Assembly (NCBI GenBank): GCA_022842645.1
Contig: JALHPE010000002.1
Coordinates: 1,322 to 65,321, forward strand
Source: Minisyncoccota bacterium
Lineage (GTDB): Bacteria > Patescibacteriota > Minisyncoccia > Phycocordibacterales > UBA2100
DNA: 64,000 nucleotides
Reading direction: 5' to 3'
Below the pieces are notes generated by a model that made no database searches, had not been told where the DNA came from, and saw nothing but the letters and a program-made list of their open reading frames with translations. Position 1 is the stretch's first letter, and the number at the start of each line of letters is the position of its first letter. Positions 19,025 to 28,956 of the stretch are shown here, one piece after another. Both the position numbers and the translations under genes were made by a program.

Positions 19025-19048
19025 TGTGGGACTTACGAAGTCCCACAT
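19024..19048 (-). repeat. REP hairpin downstream of RAYT, inverted orientation
   Basis: ATGTGGGACTT-ACG-AAGTCCCACAT. Confidence 0.9.
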
Positions 19049-19081
19049 GGAAAGGTTTTCAATGGTTGGAGCGGGAGACTT

Positions 19082-21703
19082 TTAGTTGTGTGCAAACGAG
19101 CGAAACACCCATTTTGTCGTCTCAACAAGAAGAATATTGAGGACGAGCCATGCGATGACGAGTGCGAAGAGCGGGAGCGTGAGCGGCGCGAGCGCGAATA
19201 TCTCTCGCATAAAGGGAGTGAGTATCGTGACTGCAATCAGTGTTATTCCGAACATGACGCTCCAGTTGAGTGTCGTGTTCTCAAATAACGGCATTCTGAA
19301 CATGCTCGTGTGAAGTGATCGGAATGAATAGGCAACAACAAGACCGTAGAGTGCAAAGCACACAAAGACAGTGCTCTTTGCTTGTTCCGTTGCAATGCCT
19401 GTATGGAGCAGGAACCAGTACATACTAAAAAGGAGGAGAGACGAGAAGGCGCCGATACCGAGTGTGAGTGTTTTGACTTCAATTGTAAGAATTTCGGCCC
19501 CACGACCACGTGCGTGTTTCGCATATTCTTTTTCAAACGCAAAAGAAAGTGCCGGAAGGCTACCGGTGAAGAAATTGACCCAAATAATTTGAAGTGCAGA
19601 AATAGGGAGCGGAAGCCCAGCCAGCAGTGCTCCGCCAATAAGAAAGACGGCATCAAGGCAGGTGGAGGTAAGATAGACGAACACTTTGCGAATATTCTCA
19701 AGAATACGACGACCTTCTTCTATGGCATGTACCATCGTCGAGAAACTGTCATTTAGAAGTATGAGATCGGCTACACCTTTTGCAACGTCAGTGCCCGAGC
19801 CGAGCGCGACACCGATATTCACCGCTTTGAGCGACGGTGCGTCGTTCACACCATCACCCGTCATGGCCACAATCTCGCCTCGTTTTTGGTAGAGTCGTCC
19901 GATACGCAATTTATCTTCAGGTGTCACGCGTGCAAAGATGCGAATATCATCAAGTTTTGCGTTGAGTGCCTCATCGGGAAGGCCGCGGAGTTCTTCGCCG
20001 GTGAGAACCGAACCCTCATCAACATCCCACCCAAGTTCATGGGCTATCGAAAGTGCGGTGCCTTTCAAATCTCCCGTAAGCATGACGACGCGTGCCCCGA
20101 GATGCTCGATTTTTTGAATAGATTCTGCAGCGTCTTTTCGAAGAGGATCTTGGAACACAAGGATGCCGAGAAAGAGAAGGTCTGCAGCATGTTCTGCGCG
20201 GGCAGCACCTTTTTTCAGATGCTGCGAACGTTCGCTCGGCACGCGTGCCACACCCAAAAGCCGCTTTCCCTCGGCGCTGAGACGATTCACCTCTGATTCC
20301 ATTGCGAGAAAGTCTTCTTTCGTGAGTCGTGAACGGGCGAGGAGAATATCTGGCGCACCGACAACGACATAAAGTTCTTTTTCATGATTGCCGGAAATTG
20401 AAAATTTATTGGTCGAATTAAATGTCAGGAGAGAACTGCGCGTTTTGCTGGTTTCAGGGACATCAATACCATGTGTGTGAGCCGCGCGCGCAATCGCAGC
20501 CTCTATCGGCTTTCCGCTAAAACGCCACTCATGCTTCGGTGCCTCAGGGTTCTCCAAGAGCACGTCAGCACCCCAAAGCGCATCCGAAAGAATCTCTTTC
20601 TCTGCGGGAGCGAGATGTGTGATTGCTTCGCGCGGCGGTGGGATGGTGATGAGCTCTGTGGCGGTGCGCACATCAACGAGACGCATATTCGCCTCAGTGA
20701 GTGTGCCCGTTTTGTCCGTCATAATGACAGTTGCACTTCCCAGTGTTTCCGCCGCGGCAAGTTTTCGTATGATGCCGCGTTTTCCGGCAAGCCGTTGCAC
20801 ACCGACGGCAAGAATCACCGTGAGCGCGATCGGCAGTGCCTCGGGCACTGCGCCCACAGAAATTGCCGCCGCCATAAGAAGCATCTCGAAGAAGGGAATG
20901 CCGCGTGAGAGGCCGAGGAAGAAAATAATGGTAACCAAGAAGGTAATACCAATGAAGATAAACCACCCCAAGCGTGCAAGTGCTTTTTGAAGCGGGGTTG
21001 GCTCGTGTTCCGTTTCAGAAACAAGCCGCGCAATTTTTCCGATTTCTGTGGCAGTGCCGGTTGTGGTAACGACCGCAAGTGCCGTGCCTTCAATCACCAG
21101 CGTCCCGGCGTGTACCATGTTGACGCGCTCAGGGAGTTCCGCGCCCTCGGAGAGGACATCCACACTCTTACGCACCGCGAGTGATTCGCCCGTAAGCACC
21201 GATTCATCAATCGAGAGTTCATTTACCTCAATAAGGCGTGCGTCGGCAGGAATGCGCGCGCCGTAGGAAAGGCGAATCACGTCTCCCGGGACGATTAGCA
21301 GAGAATCTATTTCTTGCTCAACATCATTTCGAATAACTCGCGTCCGCTCCTTTACGTAGGTTGTGAGTTTTTCGAGCGTCGTCTCTGCGCGATATTCCTG
21401 AAAGAAACCCAGTCCTGCGTTCACAAATATTGCAAGGAGAATCACTGCTGTGTCGATCCATTCTTGGAGAAAAATAGTGAGAACGGAGGCGCCGACGAGT
21501 ATGAAAATAAGTGGGGAATAGAATTGCCGCCCCAGAATCCCCAGCACGGTAAAACGCCGCGCGCGGGGTAGTGTATTTCCGCCAAACTGTTTGAGTCGTG
21601 CCTCTGCTTCCGCCTCGTGAAGGCCCTCGCGACGCGATTGCAAGCGCTCCAGTGCCACCTCCGCCGAAAGCGACCACGCAAAGAACTGTTTCTCCTCGTG
21701 CAT
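19082..21703 (-). CDS. Cation-transporting P-type ATPase (P2 type)
   Basis: LTGES, VPEALP, DKTGTLT, MTGDGVNDAP. Confidence 0.95.
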   Translation of the reverse strand: MHEEKQFFAWSLSAEVALERLQSRREGLHEAEAEARLKQFGGNTLPRARRFTVLGILGRQFYSPLIFILVGASVLTIFLQEWIDTAVILLAIFVNAGLGFFQEYRAETTLEKLTTYVKERTRVIRNDVEQEIDSLLIVPGDVIRLSYGARIPADARLIEVNELSIDESVLTGESLAVRKSVDVLSEGAELPERVNMVHAGTLVIEGTALAVVTTTGTATEIGKIARLVSETEHEPTPLQKALARLGWFIFIGITFLVTIIFFLGLSRGIPFFEMLLMAAAISVGAVPEALPIALTVILAVGVQRLAGKRGIIRKLAAAETLGSATVIMTDKTGTLTEANMRLVDVRTATELITIPPPREAITHLAPAEKEILSDALWGADVLLENPEAPKHEWRFSGKPIEAAIARAAHTHGIDVPETSKTRSSLLTFNSTNKFSISGNHEKELYVVVGAPDILLARSRLTKEDFLAMESEVNRLSAEGKRLLGVARVPSERSQHLKKGAARAEHAADLLFLGILVFQDPLRKDAAESIQKIEHLGARVVMLTGDLKGTALSIAHELGWDVDEGSVLTGEELRGLPDEALNAKLDDIRIFARVTPEDKLRIGRLYQKRGEIVAMTGDGVNDAPSLKAVNIGVALGSGTDVAKGVADLILLNDSFSTMVHAIEEGRRILENIRKVFVYLTSTCLDAVFLIGGALLAGLPLPISALQIIWVNFFTGSLPALSFAFEKEYAKHARGRGAEILTIEVKTLTLGIGAFSSLLLFSMYWFLLHTGIATEQAKSTVFVCFALYGLVVAYSFRSLHTSMFRMPLFENTTLNWSVMFGITLIAVTILTPFMREIFALAPLTLPLFALVIAWLVLNILLVETTKWVFRSFAHN

Positions 21704-21839
21704 TCACTCTATTATTGCACGCCCTTCTGCCACCTGCGCTCTATAGTGAAAGAATTGCGCAGAAAGCTAAAAAAGTGTATGACTGTAAGCAAGCACTCCC
21801 GTGAGTGCGTGTTCAATACAGACAAAATAGGAGGGTATC

Positions 21840-22379
21840 TTGAGAATACGTATTCTTGTGTGTCTTACAGCGTGGCTTTTCAGCTGGGGATACGCACAGG
21901 CATATGAACGTTGCGCGCTCGGTATCGATGTGCCGCGTGCGATCCACATCCCCGGAATAATCGTGCTGGTGCTTCGTGACCCCCAATGTTTTGGGGTGTA
22001 TGAAAACGGCACATTATCCACTCGTCGTTTTGACCGACCTCTCTATGGCTGGGTCTCTACGGGTGGGGAAGGACATGACACTCCAATCACCGATCCATCT
22101 CTTGGCGCACATCGGATTCACTTCGCGTCGGAGCATCACTTCTCAACACAGTTTTCTATGGTCGTGAATGGACGTGAAGAACCGGCCTACATGCCACAAG
22201 CGCTCTTCTTTAACAAAGGAATCGCATTGCATACAGGCAGAGTTACCACGCCTTTTGCGTCGCATGGCTGTGTTCGGTTGCCCAAAGCAGCTGCACACGC
22301 GCTCTTTTACAACTTTCCTCACGATGAAATACAAGTCATCGTGGCGGAAGACAAAGAGAGCTTCAAAGAACAGTGGTGA
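21840..22379 (+). CDS. L,D-transpeptidase (YkuD-like), exported
   Basis: VSTGG, MPQALFF..GIALHTG, ASHGCVRL, signal peptide. Confidence 0.85.
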   Translation: MRIRILVCLTAWLFSWGYAQAYERCALGIDVPRAIHIPGIIVLVLRDPQCFGVYENGTLSTRRFDRPLYGWVSTGGEGHDTPITDPSLGAHRIHFASEHHFSTQFSMVVNGREEPAYMPQALFFNKGIALHTGRVTTPFASHGCVRLPKAAAHALFYNFPHDEIQVIVAEDKESFKEQW

Positions 22380-22398
22380 ATCTGTTCATTAAGAAACA

Positions 22399-22435
22399 TT
22401 CAGGCGTCTCGCAATCGAGACGCCTGAATCTTTTT
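22399..22435 (+). terminator. Rho-independent terminator
   Basis: TTCAGGCGTCTCG-caat-CGAGACGCCTGAA followed by a T-run. Confidence 0.75.
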
Positions 22436-22550
22436 ATATAAAGTTGTAAGCTTGCTATTTTGTCAAAAATATGGTAGTAATCGCGCGGGTTATACCTCAG
22501 GCGATACTCGTCGCTTGACAGCTTGGCTTAAAAACGAAAGGAATTGAGCC

Positions 22551-23402
22551 ATGAAAAGTACGTTGACTATTGCAGTGGCGTTCGCGCTACTGGGTCTGTT
22601 TGCGCCGGAGACGGCGCTCGCAGGGAAGAAAAAGAAAACCGCCGAATGCCACGGCGATATAGCCTGCGCTCAAGGGGTTGGCTATCTGCGGCAATCGAAC
22701 GGACGCCTTGCTTCACGTTCGGGAAAGGGTGGCGCGTCCAGCAGTGTTGGGTGGAGCTGTCGTTTTAAAAAAGACGGCTACGATGAGTATCGTCGTGTTC
22801 AGAATAAATCCAGCCGTAAGAGTGCGGATACATTTCTCGGCACAGCCACTACTAATTTTCTTGTGTCGGCGTTTTCTGCATCGGTGAGTGGAAATCCGAT
22901 TGGTCTCGTGGTTGGTCTCGTGAATTCCGGCATGCAATACGAGAATCTCACAACCCAGCAGAAGATCGCATGTGAGAAACTTGAATTGGAAATCACAAAC
23001 AAAAAGAAGCAGATGGTTGCGATTGCTGAAATCGGGAAAAAGATGAGCGGACAAATTCAGCAAGTTGCGCTGAATCTAAAAAATCAGATTGCCGATCAAA
23101 AAGACCCCATAGCACAAGAAGCGGCACAAAAGGCGTATCAGTTGATGAAGGAGGATTTTAAGAATGCGGGGTTCGACATCGATAAAATGATTGAAGAAAA
23201 CTCTGTCCCCCCTTCTCCTCAAGCAAAGCCAGAAGAAAAGCCGGCGACACCTAAGGAGGTTCCTGTGGCACCACAGGCGCCAGAAGTTCCTTCGGTGAGC
23301 GCACCCGTTCCAAAATTGGTTGTGCCGCCGCCGGAAGCGGTACCACCAAGAGCCAAAATCCTCAATCCAAGTACTCCTCTACAAAGTGCAGCGAAGAACT
23401 GA
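22551..23402 (+). CDS. Secreted hypothetical protein with coiled coil and Pro-rich tail
   Basis: Signal peptide (ALA), AAAGGA SD, downstream hairpin at about 23436-23466. Confidence 0.8.
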   Translation: MKSTLTIAVAFALLGLFAPETALAGKKKKTAECHGDIACAQGVGYLRQSNGRLASRSGKGGASSSVGWSCRFKKDGYDEYRRVQNKSSRKSADTFLGTATTNFLVSAFSASVSGNPIGLVVGLVNSGMQYENLTTQQKIACEKLELEITNKKKQMVAIAEIGKKMSGQIQQVALNLKNQIADQKDPIAQEAAQKAYQLMKEDFKNAGFDIDKMIEENSVPPSPQAKPEEKPATPKEVPVAPQAPEVPSVSAPVPKLVVPPPEAVPPRAKILNPSTPLQSAAKN

Positions 23403-23589
23403 GGATTCAAGGGGGTAACGTTTTGTGAATAGTCTGTGCCTCGCGGCCTAAAAACCGCGGGGCACATTTCTTGCATATATGCAAAAAATGTGGTAATGAA
23501 TGTGTCCTCGAACCCGAGTGCTGTCCTGGGCATACATATGTGCCTGGGCTTGCCCTCAGGGCATGATCTCTGACAAGAAAGGAAATACG

Positions 23590-24780
23590 ATGAAATATGG
23601 GCTCGTCGTTACAGCTCTTCTGCTGTCATCATCGGCGTTTGCGCAAGATGCGCCTGCGCCTGATGTCGCACCGCCAGCACCTGCGGCCATGCCGGAGGTT
23701 GCAATGCCCCCACCGGACATTGCTCCTCCCATGGAAATGCCGCCGATGGACGTGAGTCCGCCGGTTCCCGATATCGCTGCAAGCATGCCTACGCTCGACA
23801 GCGCGCCTCTCGCGATCGAAGTACCTGAAGCGCCGGCGGCAGCACCCTCTATGCCGGACATCCCGACACTAGATGTTGCCTCACCTCCGGCTTTGGAGAT
23901 GCCCTCTCCAGAACCGCAGATCGCGGCTCCGGCTCTTGATGCACCTCCGCTCGACGTGGGGCTCAAGACATTCTCGCCGGAACATTCTGGCGACCATGGT
24001 GACCATGGTAACGGTGGCGACAACGGCGGAACGCCTGAGTTGCCGTCGGTGGATCTTTCCATCGATACGACTGCAATCGGCAAAGGTGGAGACGCCTATG
24101 CCGAAGGTGGGGATGCTCATGCAGTCCTCAAGGATGTGACTGTGAAGCCGGTACAAGAGACGACAGTCTTGAATAATCCGGAAAACAAGAACATCAATCA
24201 CAACGAAGACAAGAACATCAATAACGTCCACATCGACGACAAGGACGTCACGAAAGTCGAGATCGGCGGCGACAAGACGAAAGTCGAAGTCGGCGGCGAC
24301 ACAACGCATGTCAACACGAAGACGGATGTCGATGTGAAGACCGGCGATGTGAAAACGGGTGATGTGACGGTCGGCGATGTAAAGGTTGGCAACGTGACGC
24401 AACACCAAACGGTGAATCTGCAACAAGCGTCAGGCCAGCGGCAGGAATCAAATGTCTTCCAGAGCATTGCTCCACTTCTCGCAATTGCGCTGATGAATCG
24501 TGGAGGCGATCGTGATGGTCATCGTCGCGACCGCGAAAAGTCCACGCAGCAGACCGACTACTGCCTGCTGAAAGACGGAAGGAGGTATCCGATTAATCAC
24601 AAGTTCTGTGAGCGGCCGGCTCCTCAAAAGCATGCGCGGTCTGTGCCGCGTCGTGTCTCAAAGGATGAGGTGCCACTCACCGGGCCTATTGGTGCTCCTA
24701 AGAAGAAGTCTGTGCCTGAAAATAAATGCAAAGAAGGCGAGGGCTTTGCTGATGGTCACTGCTACAGCACAGGGCCATGA
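23590..24780 (+). CDS. Secreted low-complexity protein (Pro-rich block, then GDV/KTGD repeats)
   Basis: Signal peptide (AFA), AAAGGA SD, downstream hairpin at about 24805-24835. Confidence 0.8.
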   Translation: MKYGLVVTALLLSSSAFAQDAPAPDVAPPAPAAMPEVAMPPPDIAPPMEMPPMDVSPPVPDIAASMPTLDSAPLAIEVPEAPAAAPSMPDIPTLDVASPPALEMPSPEPQIAAPALDAPPLDVGLKTFSPEHSGDHGDHGNGGDNGGTPELPSVDLSIDTTAIGKGGDAYAEGGDAHAVLKDVTVKPVQETTVLNNPENKNINHNEDKNINNVHIDDKDVTKVEIGGDKTKVEVGGDTTHVNTKTDVDVKTGDVKTGDVTVGDVKVGNVTQHQTVNLQQASGQRQESNVFQSIAPLLAIALMNRGGDRDGHRRDREKSTQQTDYCLLKDGRRYPINHKFCERPAPQKHARSVPRRVSKDEVPLTGPIGAPKKKSVPENKCKEGEGFADGHCYSTGP

Positions 24781-24880
24781 AGTCACGCACGACTGATCTT
24801 TCAACCCCCGCGGCCAAGCAAATGGTCGCGGGGGATTTTTAATTGACAAATGTATGTAAATGGTGTAGAAAGCAGGTCTT

Positions 24881-25333
24881 ATGAAAACAGCACTACTTGC
24901 GGCGGTTGTATTGATTATGAGCCCTGTGGCAGCACAGGCGGCGGTTAACTATGGCGCTTGGTACTATACCCCTGCACCCTATAACCAGCCCTACTATCAG
25001 CCCATGAGCGCCTATGCCTACGCGCCATCGCAAAATACGACCATCTACCAGCCGAACTATGCCTACCAGCCCTCATATCAGTCGATGAGCTATCCACAGC
25101 AGTATGGCTACGACGGCTACCAAGGTTACAGCCATTACCCACAAAATTATGGTTACGGTGGATATGGGCACTACACCCAACCATCCCCAATTCACCCAGG
25201 ATACGGAACAGGAGAAACCATGCCATGGCTCGGAGGCGAGCTCTGCACCTTCCCCGGTTACGATGGGCGCGCCATCTGCGGCTCGAACCCTCGTCAATAC
25301 ATCTACGATCATTGGACCGGCACCTGGTACTAA
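24881..25333 (+). CDS. Secreted Tyr/Gly/Gln/Pro-rich protein
   Basis: Signal peptide (AQA), TTGACA promoter box at 24843, downstream GC hairpin. Confidence 0.75.
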   Translation: MKTALLAAVVLIMSPVAAQAAVNYGAWYYTPAPYNQPYYQPMSAYAYAPSQNTTIYQPNYAYQPSYQSMSYPQQYGYDGYQGYSHYPQNYGYGGYGHYTQPSPIHPGYGTGETMPWLGGELCTFPGYDGRAICGSNPRQYIYDHWTGTWY

Positions 25334-25416
25334 ATACACTGTGCATGCGATTCAGCGGCCGCCCCGTGGGGGCGGCCGCTCCGCACGAGGAGAGAACGCC
25401 GTGCTAGCATAGTGCG

Positions 25417-25656
25417 ATGCCCGAGGGGACAGAAGAACAGCGTACGCATATTATCGCGCACCTAGAACGTCTCAACACAAATGTTGAGAAGCAAATGTCG
25501 ATTTCATACGGACTGCGAAACGGTGTCATCTACGGTCTCGGCTTTGTGATTGGTTCGACGGTACTCTCTGCGTTTATCGTGACTCTTGTACTCCAATTTT
25601 TTAACGATACATTGTTTGGAGACGTGGTGCATTGGATCGTGCGCACACTTCGGTAA
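25417..25656 (+). CDS. Small membrane protein
   Basis: GVIYGLGFVIGST TM segment, 2 nt before the next gene. Confidence 0.65.
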   Translation: MPEGTEEQRTHIIAHLERLNTNVEKQMSISYGLRNGVIYGLGFVIGSTVLSAFIVTLVLQFFNDTLFGDVVHWIVRTLR

Positions 25657-25658
25657 CC

Positions 25659-26228
25659 ATGCTGACACGACATTTTCTACACTCATTGCTGATCGAGTTT
25701 GGTCCGATCACACTTTTCTTTTTGATTGCTGAATGGAGGGGATTTTTTGCAGGAACGATAGGACTGATTATAGCCACTATACTCGCGGTTGTTGCATCAT
25801 ATCTGCGTGACAGACGCTTGCCGCTCTTTTCGCTACTCTCAAGCCTCTTCGTACTCATCTTTGGTGGTCTCACACTTTATTTCTGGGAACCACGCTGGTT
25901 AGTGCTTGAATACACGCTCTACAACGGCATTGCTGGGCTTGCACTCCTCGCCGGTCTCTTTTGGGGAAAAGCATTTCTAAAGCCACTTTTTGAAACGATG
26001 TTTGCGATCACTGAGCGTGGGTGGCGCATTCTTTCGTTCCGGTGGGCCCTATTTTTCCTTGCAACCGCACTGGGTAACGAGATTGTGTGGGGCGTCTATG
26101 GTGAGCCAGGGTGGATTATCTATCGATTCGCCGCAGCACTTGTGCTCTGTATGTTCGGTTTCTCTCAATTTCCCATTGCGCGACAAGAACGACTCCCTGA
26201 GGCGAGTCCGTGGGGACTCCGCATGTAG
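25659..26228 (+). CDS. YciB/IspZ-like inner membrane protein
   Basis: EFGPITLFF, FGGLTL, GWRILSFRWALFF...NEIVW. Confidence 0.85.
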   Translation: MLTRHFLHSLLIEFGPITLFFLIAEWRGFFAGTIGLIIATILAVVASYLRDRRLPLFSLLSSLFVLIFGGLTLYFWEPRWLVLEYTLYNGIAGLALLAGLFWGKAFLKPLFETMFAITERGWRILSFRWALFFLATALGNEIVWGVYGEPGWIIYRFAAALVLCMFGFSQFPIARQERLPEASPWGLRM

Positions 26229-26281
26229 AACATACGCCGCCCGGGGAGGGCGGCGTATGTTTGTGCACACAAGAGAGAGGG

Positions 26282-27349
26282 CTAGTTCGTCGTTACGAAT
26301 GACGAATTTGAACTCGTCGCAGTATTTCCTGCCGCGTCCTTCGATTCAACCACCACATAATAGGTTGTGGAAGGAGAAAGGCCGGGGAGCGAGAGTGAGT
26401 GCGCAAGCACAAGTGCCGAGTTAAACACGCTTGCTGTTGGGCTCGTGAGCGTAAGCGGTGTTGACGTGCCGTACCACACGCGGCTCGAAGAGTTTTCATT
26501 TGTCGTCCAGCTCACCTGTGCGGTGGTGGAAGCCGGAGTAATCGAGAGCGCAGAAATCGTCGGCTTTGTGGTGTCGGTTGGAGGTGTTGTTGTCGCACCG
26601 CTACCAGGGCACACGCCAACGCTATCCCCGTGCGCAAGGTGCGCGCCGAGAGCCGGAACCGCGATCACGAGCGTTTGAGGGCTCGAGCCTGCTGGTTTAT
26701 GGCAAAGTGTGACGAAGCCTTGTCCAGGTGTTGTGGAGCTTGTTTCAAGTCCAAGACGCTTAATGATGCCGGGTGGAAGCGGTTTCCCGACGAAAAGCGC
26801 GAGAATCTTTGCCTGAGTCTTTGGTCCAAAGACACCAATCGCTTCAATGCCGTGCTTTTTCTGAAACTTACGAAGCGCCTCTTCCGTAACCGGGCCGAAG
26901 AATCCGGTGACGTTTGAAGAATCGAGAATCGACGGATCTTGCGCGAGGAGTTCTTGAAGATCCCGCACATCGTCGCCCTTCATGCCGCGTGCGAGCGATC
27001 GGAGGAATTTAATCTCATTCTTCGTCTGCTTTATCTCGCTTTTCAGAGCGTCGCGTGCCGCTTTATTTGAATCGTTCGAATCGTCGTCTGAGTTATCATC
27101 AGAATCATCATCAAGTGCCTCACGCTGCGCCTTGAGACTCTTAAGCATTTCCTGGAGGCTCTGAATCTGCGCCTGAAGCGTCCCGGTAGTGGTGCCGAGC
27201 ATGGTAAAGGGGACGGCAAATGCTTTTTCATCCTCCTTTTTTCCTTTTCTCTTACCTTTTCCCGAATCGTCATTGTCTGCAAACGCAAACGGTGCTGCCA
27301 TAAGAGCGAGCACAAGCGCCGCCCCGATACTAATGCGAAGTGAATACAT
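26282..27349 (-). CDS. Secreted protein with peptidoglycan-binding domain and FN3-like C-terminus
   Basis: Signal peptide. G..GDDVRDLQ..L, TGFFGPVTEEALRKFQ, WTTNE..S.VWYG, L.PSTTYY. Confidence 0.8.
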   Translation of the reverse strand: MYSLRISIGAALVLALMAAPFAFADNDDSGKGKRKGKKEDEKAFAVPFTMLGTTTGTLQAQIQSLQEMLKSLKAQREALDDDSDDNSDDDSNDSNKAARDALKSEIKQTKNEIKFLRSLARGMKGDDVRDLQELLAQDPSILDSSNVTGFFGPVTEEALRKFQKKHGIEAIGVFGPKTQAKILALFVGKPLPPGIIKRLGLETSSTTPGQGFVTLCHKPAGSSPQTLVIAVPALGAHLAHGDSVGVCPGSGATTTPPTDTTKPTISALSITPASTTAQVSWTTNENSSSRVWYGTSTPLTLTSPTASVFNSALVLAHSLSLPGLSPSTTYYVVVESKDAAGNTATSSNSSFVTTN

Positions 27350-27401
27350 ATATAAAGAGTTAACTACTACTGGTAACAGGGGAATTATACCCCTGCTATC
27401 C

Positions 27402-27428
27402 TAGACGCCGGGCACATTGTTTCCTTAC
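27402..27428 (-). promoter_or_regulatory. Putative ECF-dependent promoter GTAA-N17-CGTCTA
   Basis: Same motif and spacing as upstream of the ECF sigma gene. Confidence 0.55.
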
Positions 27429-27436
27429 CAGCTATT

Positions 27437-28849
27437 CTATAGTCGGAAAATTCTTTGGAGGGCAGGCAAGAGACCGCGAGGGCGACTCAGTGTTTCCGGG
27501 ACATCAAATAATGAACGCTCCACATGTTCTCCTCTCACATGGCGAGTAATCTTCGTTGCGCCATAAATAGAAGGCAAGATGCCGATGCCGTTGCAGCCGA
27601 GGTTATAGAGCAAGATAGGGTTTTGCGGCTCCGGCCCCACAAGGCGCACCCCGTTGCGTGTGTAGCCCATGAGCCCGTGCCAGGTGAATTTATATTCAAT
27701 AGTTTTATTCGGGTCGGTGTCGTACGTTCGCTTCACAAAGGTATCAATATCTCGCATGTGCTCCTCTGGATAGAGCGCCTCCCGATCGTAGGAGGTCGTA
27801 TCCTCAAGAAAAAATTCAGGACCACCGATGGAGATCAGGTTGTGGTGCACGCCCTTCTCGAATTCATACGGGCGTCGCGTCAGATAGTAATACGCATTTT
27901 TAGGGTCTGTTCCTGGGTCAGTGTGATAACTAATCGCGACAGGCGACTTGCCGAGTTTTTCTAGATAGCCCGACATGTAGCCGGTAACACCGCTCACGAG
28001 ATAGTGATAGCGCGCGTCTATAGCGAGGCCATTTTTATCAATGATATGAAGATCTTCAAAGCCGTTGGTGCAGAGCACCACGTGCTCGGCGCGTACGGTG
28101 TGTGTTTCCACGTCGAGCATTGCTCTTGTTTCGCTCAGAATAATTTTATGTACCGGCGCATGTTCAAAGAGCGTGAAGCGGTCTGGATATCGCTCAAGAA
28201 GAAAACTAATAATCCGTTCGCAGAAGAGTGCGCTATTGATAACGCCTTTCGGGTATTGATGCACAGAAACAAAATCCGTGCGATCGGTTTCGAGAAGCTC
28301 TTGTATTTTTGCTGCGGGTACGAGAGAAAAAAGTCCGACGTAGTGGCGTGGTATTTTTCTGACAAACGGCGCGTCTTCACTCACGTAGATCGACTCAATT
28401 TCAAGCCCACCCTCGAGGCGCATATGATTGTGTTCGAGCCGCAGGAGTGTCTGTGCTTCACTCGTAAAGCCTGAGAACCCCTCGCATTTGTAGTAGGGGA
28501 TGTCGAGCTTGGCGTCGTAGTACATCGCGTCGAGCGTGTCCCATGCGCTTTCAATCGCTTTCTGGCCTGCGATTGTGAGTTCACTCCCAAATTTCTCTGC
28601 AAGGTTTTTGAGCCCTCGTTCAAAATGAGCAACTACCTGCCCGGCGTTGTGTCCCGTCGCCCCATGGGCCAGCCGATGCCGCTCAAGCAGGACTACGTTC
28701 TTTTGGGTGCCCTGGAGAAGGTGGTAAGCCGTTGCAACCCCGGCAATACCCCCGCCTACAATCACAACCTGGGTCTCCAAATCTTCGGAAAGGCGATTTC
28801 GGGGGCGTTCGGGCAGTTGCCGGAGCCAGGGAGAGGTATTTTTAAGCAT
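27437..28849 (-). CDS. FAD-dependent oxidoreductase (DAO-like)
   Basis: VIVGGGIAG, GATGHNAG, LGCNGIG. Confidence 0.85.
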   Translation of the reverse strand: MLKNTSPWLRQLPERPRNRLSEDLETQVVIVGGGIAGVATAYHLLQGTQKNVVLLERHRLAHGATGHNAGQVVAHFERGLKNLAEKFGSELTIAGQKAIESAWDTLDAMYYDAKLDIPYYKCEGFSGFTSEAQTLLRLEHNHMRLEGGLEIESIYVSEDAPFVRKIPRHYVGLFSLVPAAKIQELLETDRTDFVSVHQYPKGVINSALFCERIISFLLERYPDRFTLFEHAPVHKIILSETRAMLDVETHTVRAEHVVLCTNGFEDLHIIDKNGLAIDARYHYLVSGVTGYMSGYLEKLGKSPVAISYHTDPGTDPKNAYYYLTRRPYEFEKGVHHNLISIGGPEFFLEDTTSYDREALYPEEHMRDIDTFVKRTYDTDPNKTIEYKFTWHGLMGYTRNGVRLVGPEPQNPILLYNLGCNGIGILPSIYGATKITRHVRGEHVERSLFDVPETLSRPRGLLPALQRIFRL

Positions 28850-28956
28850 CGATACTCATTATAACCGACTAATATTGCACCACTCTCGATTGCTTGACAG
28901 GGGGGTCAAAATATGCTAAATTTGGCTCTATATAAGGATATTTTCCTTATTTACAC

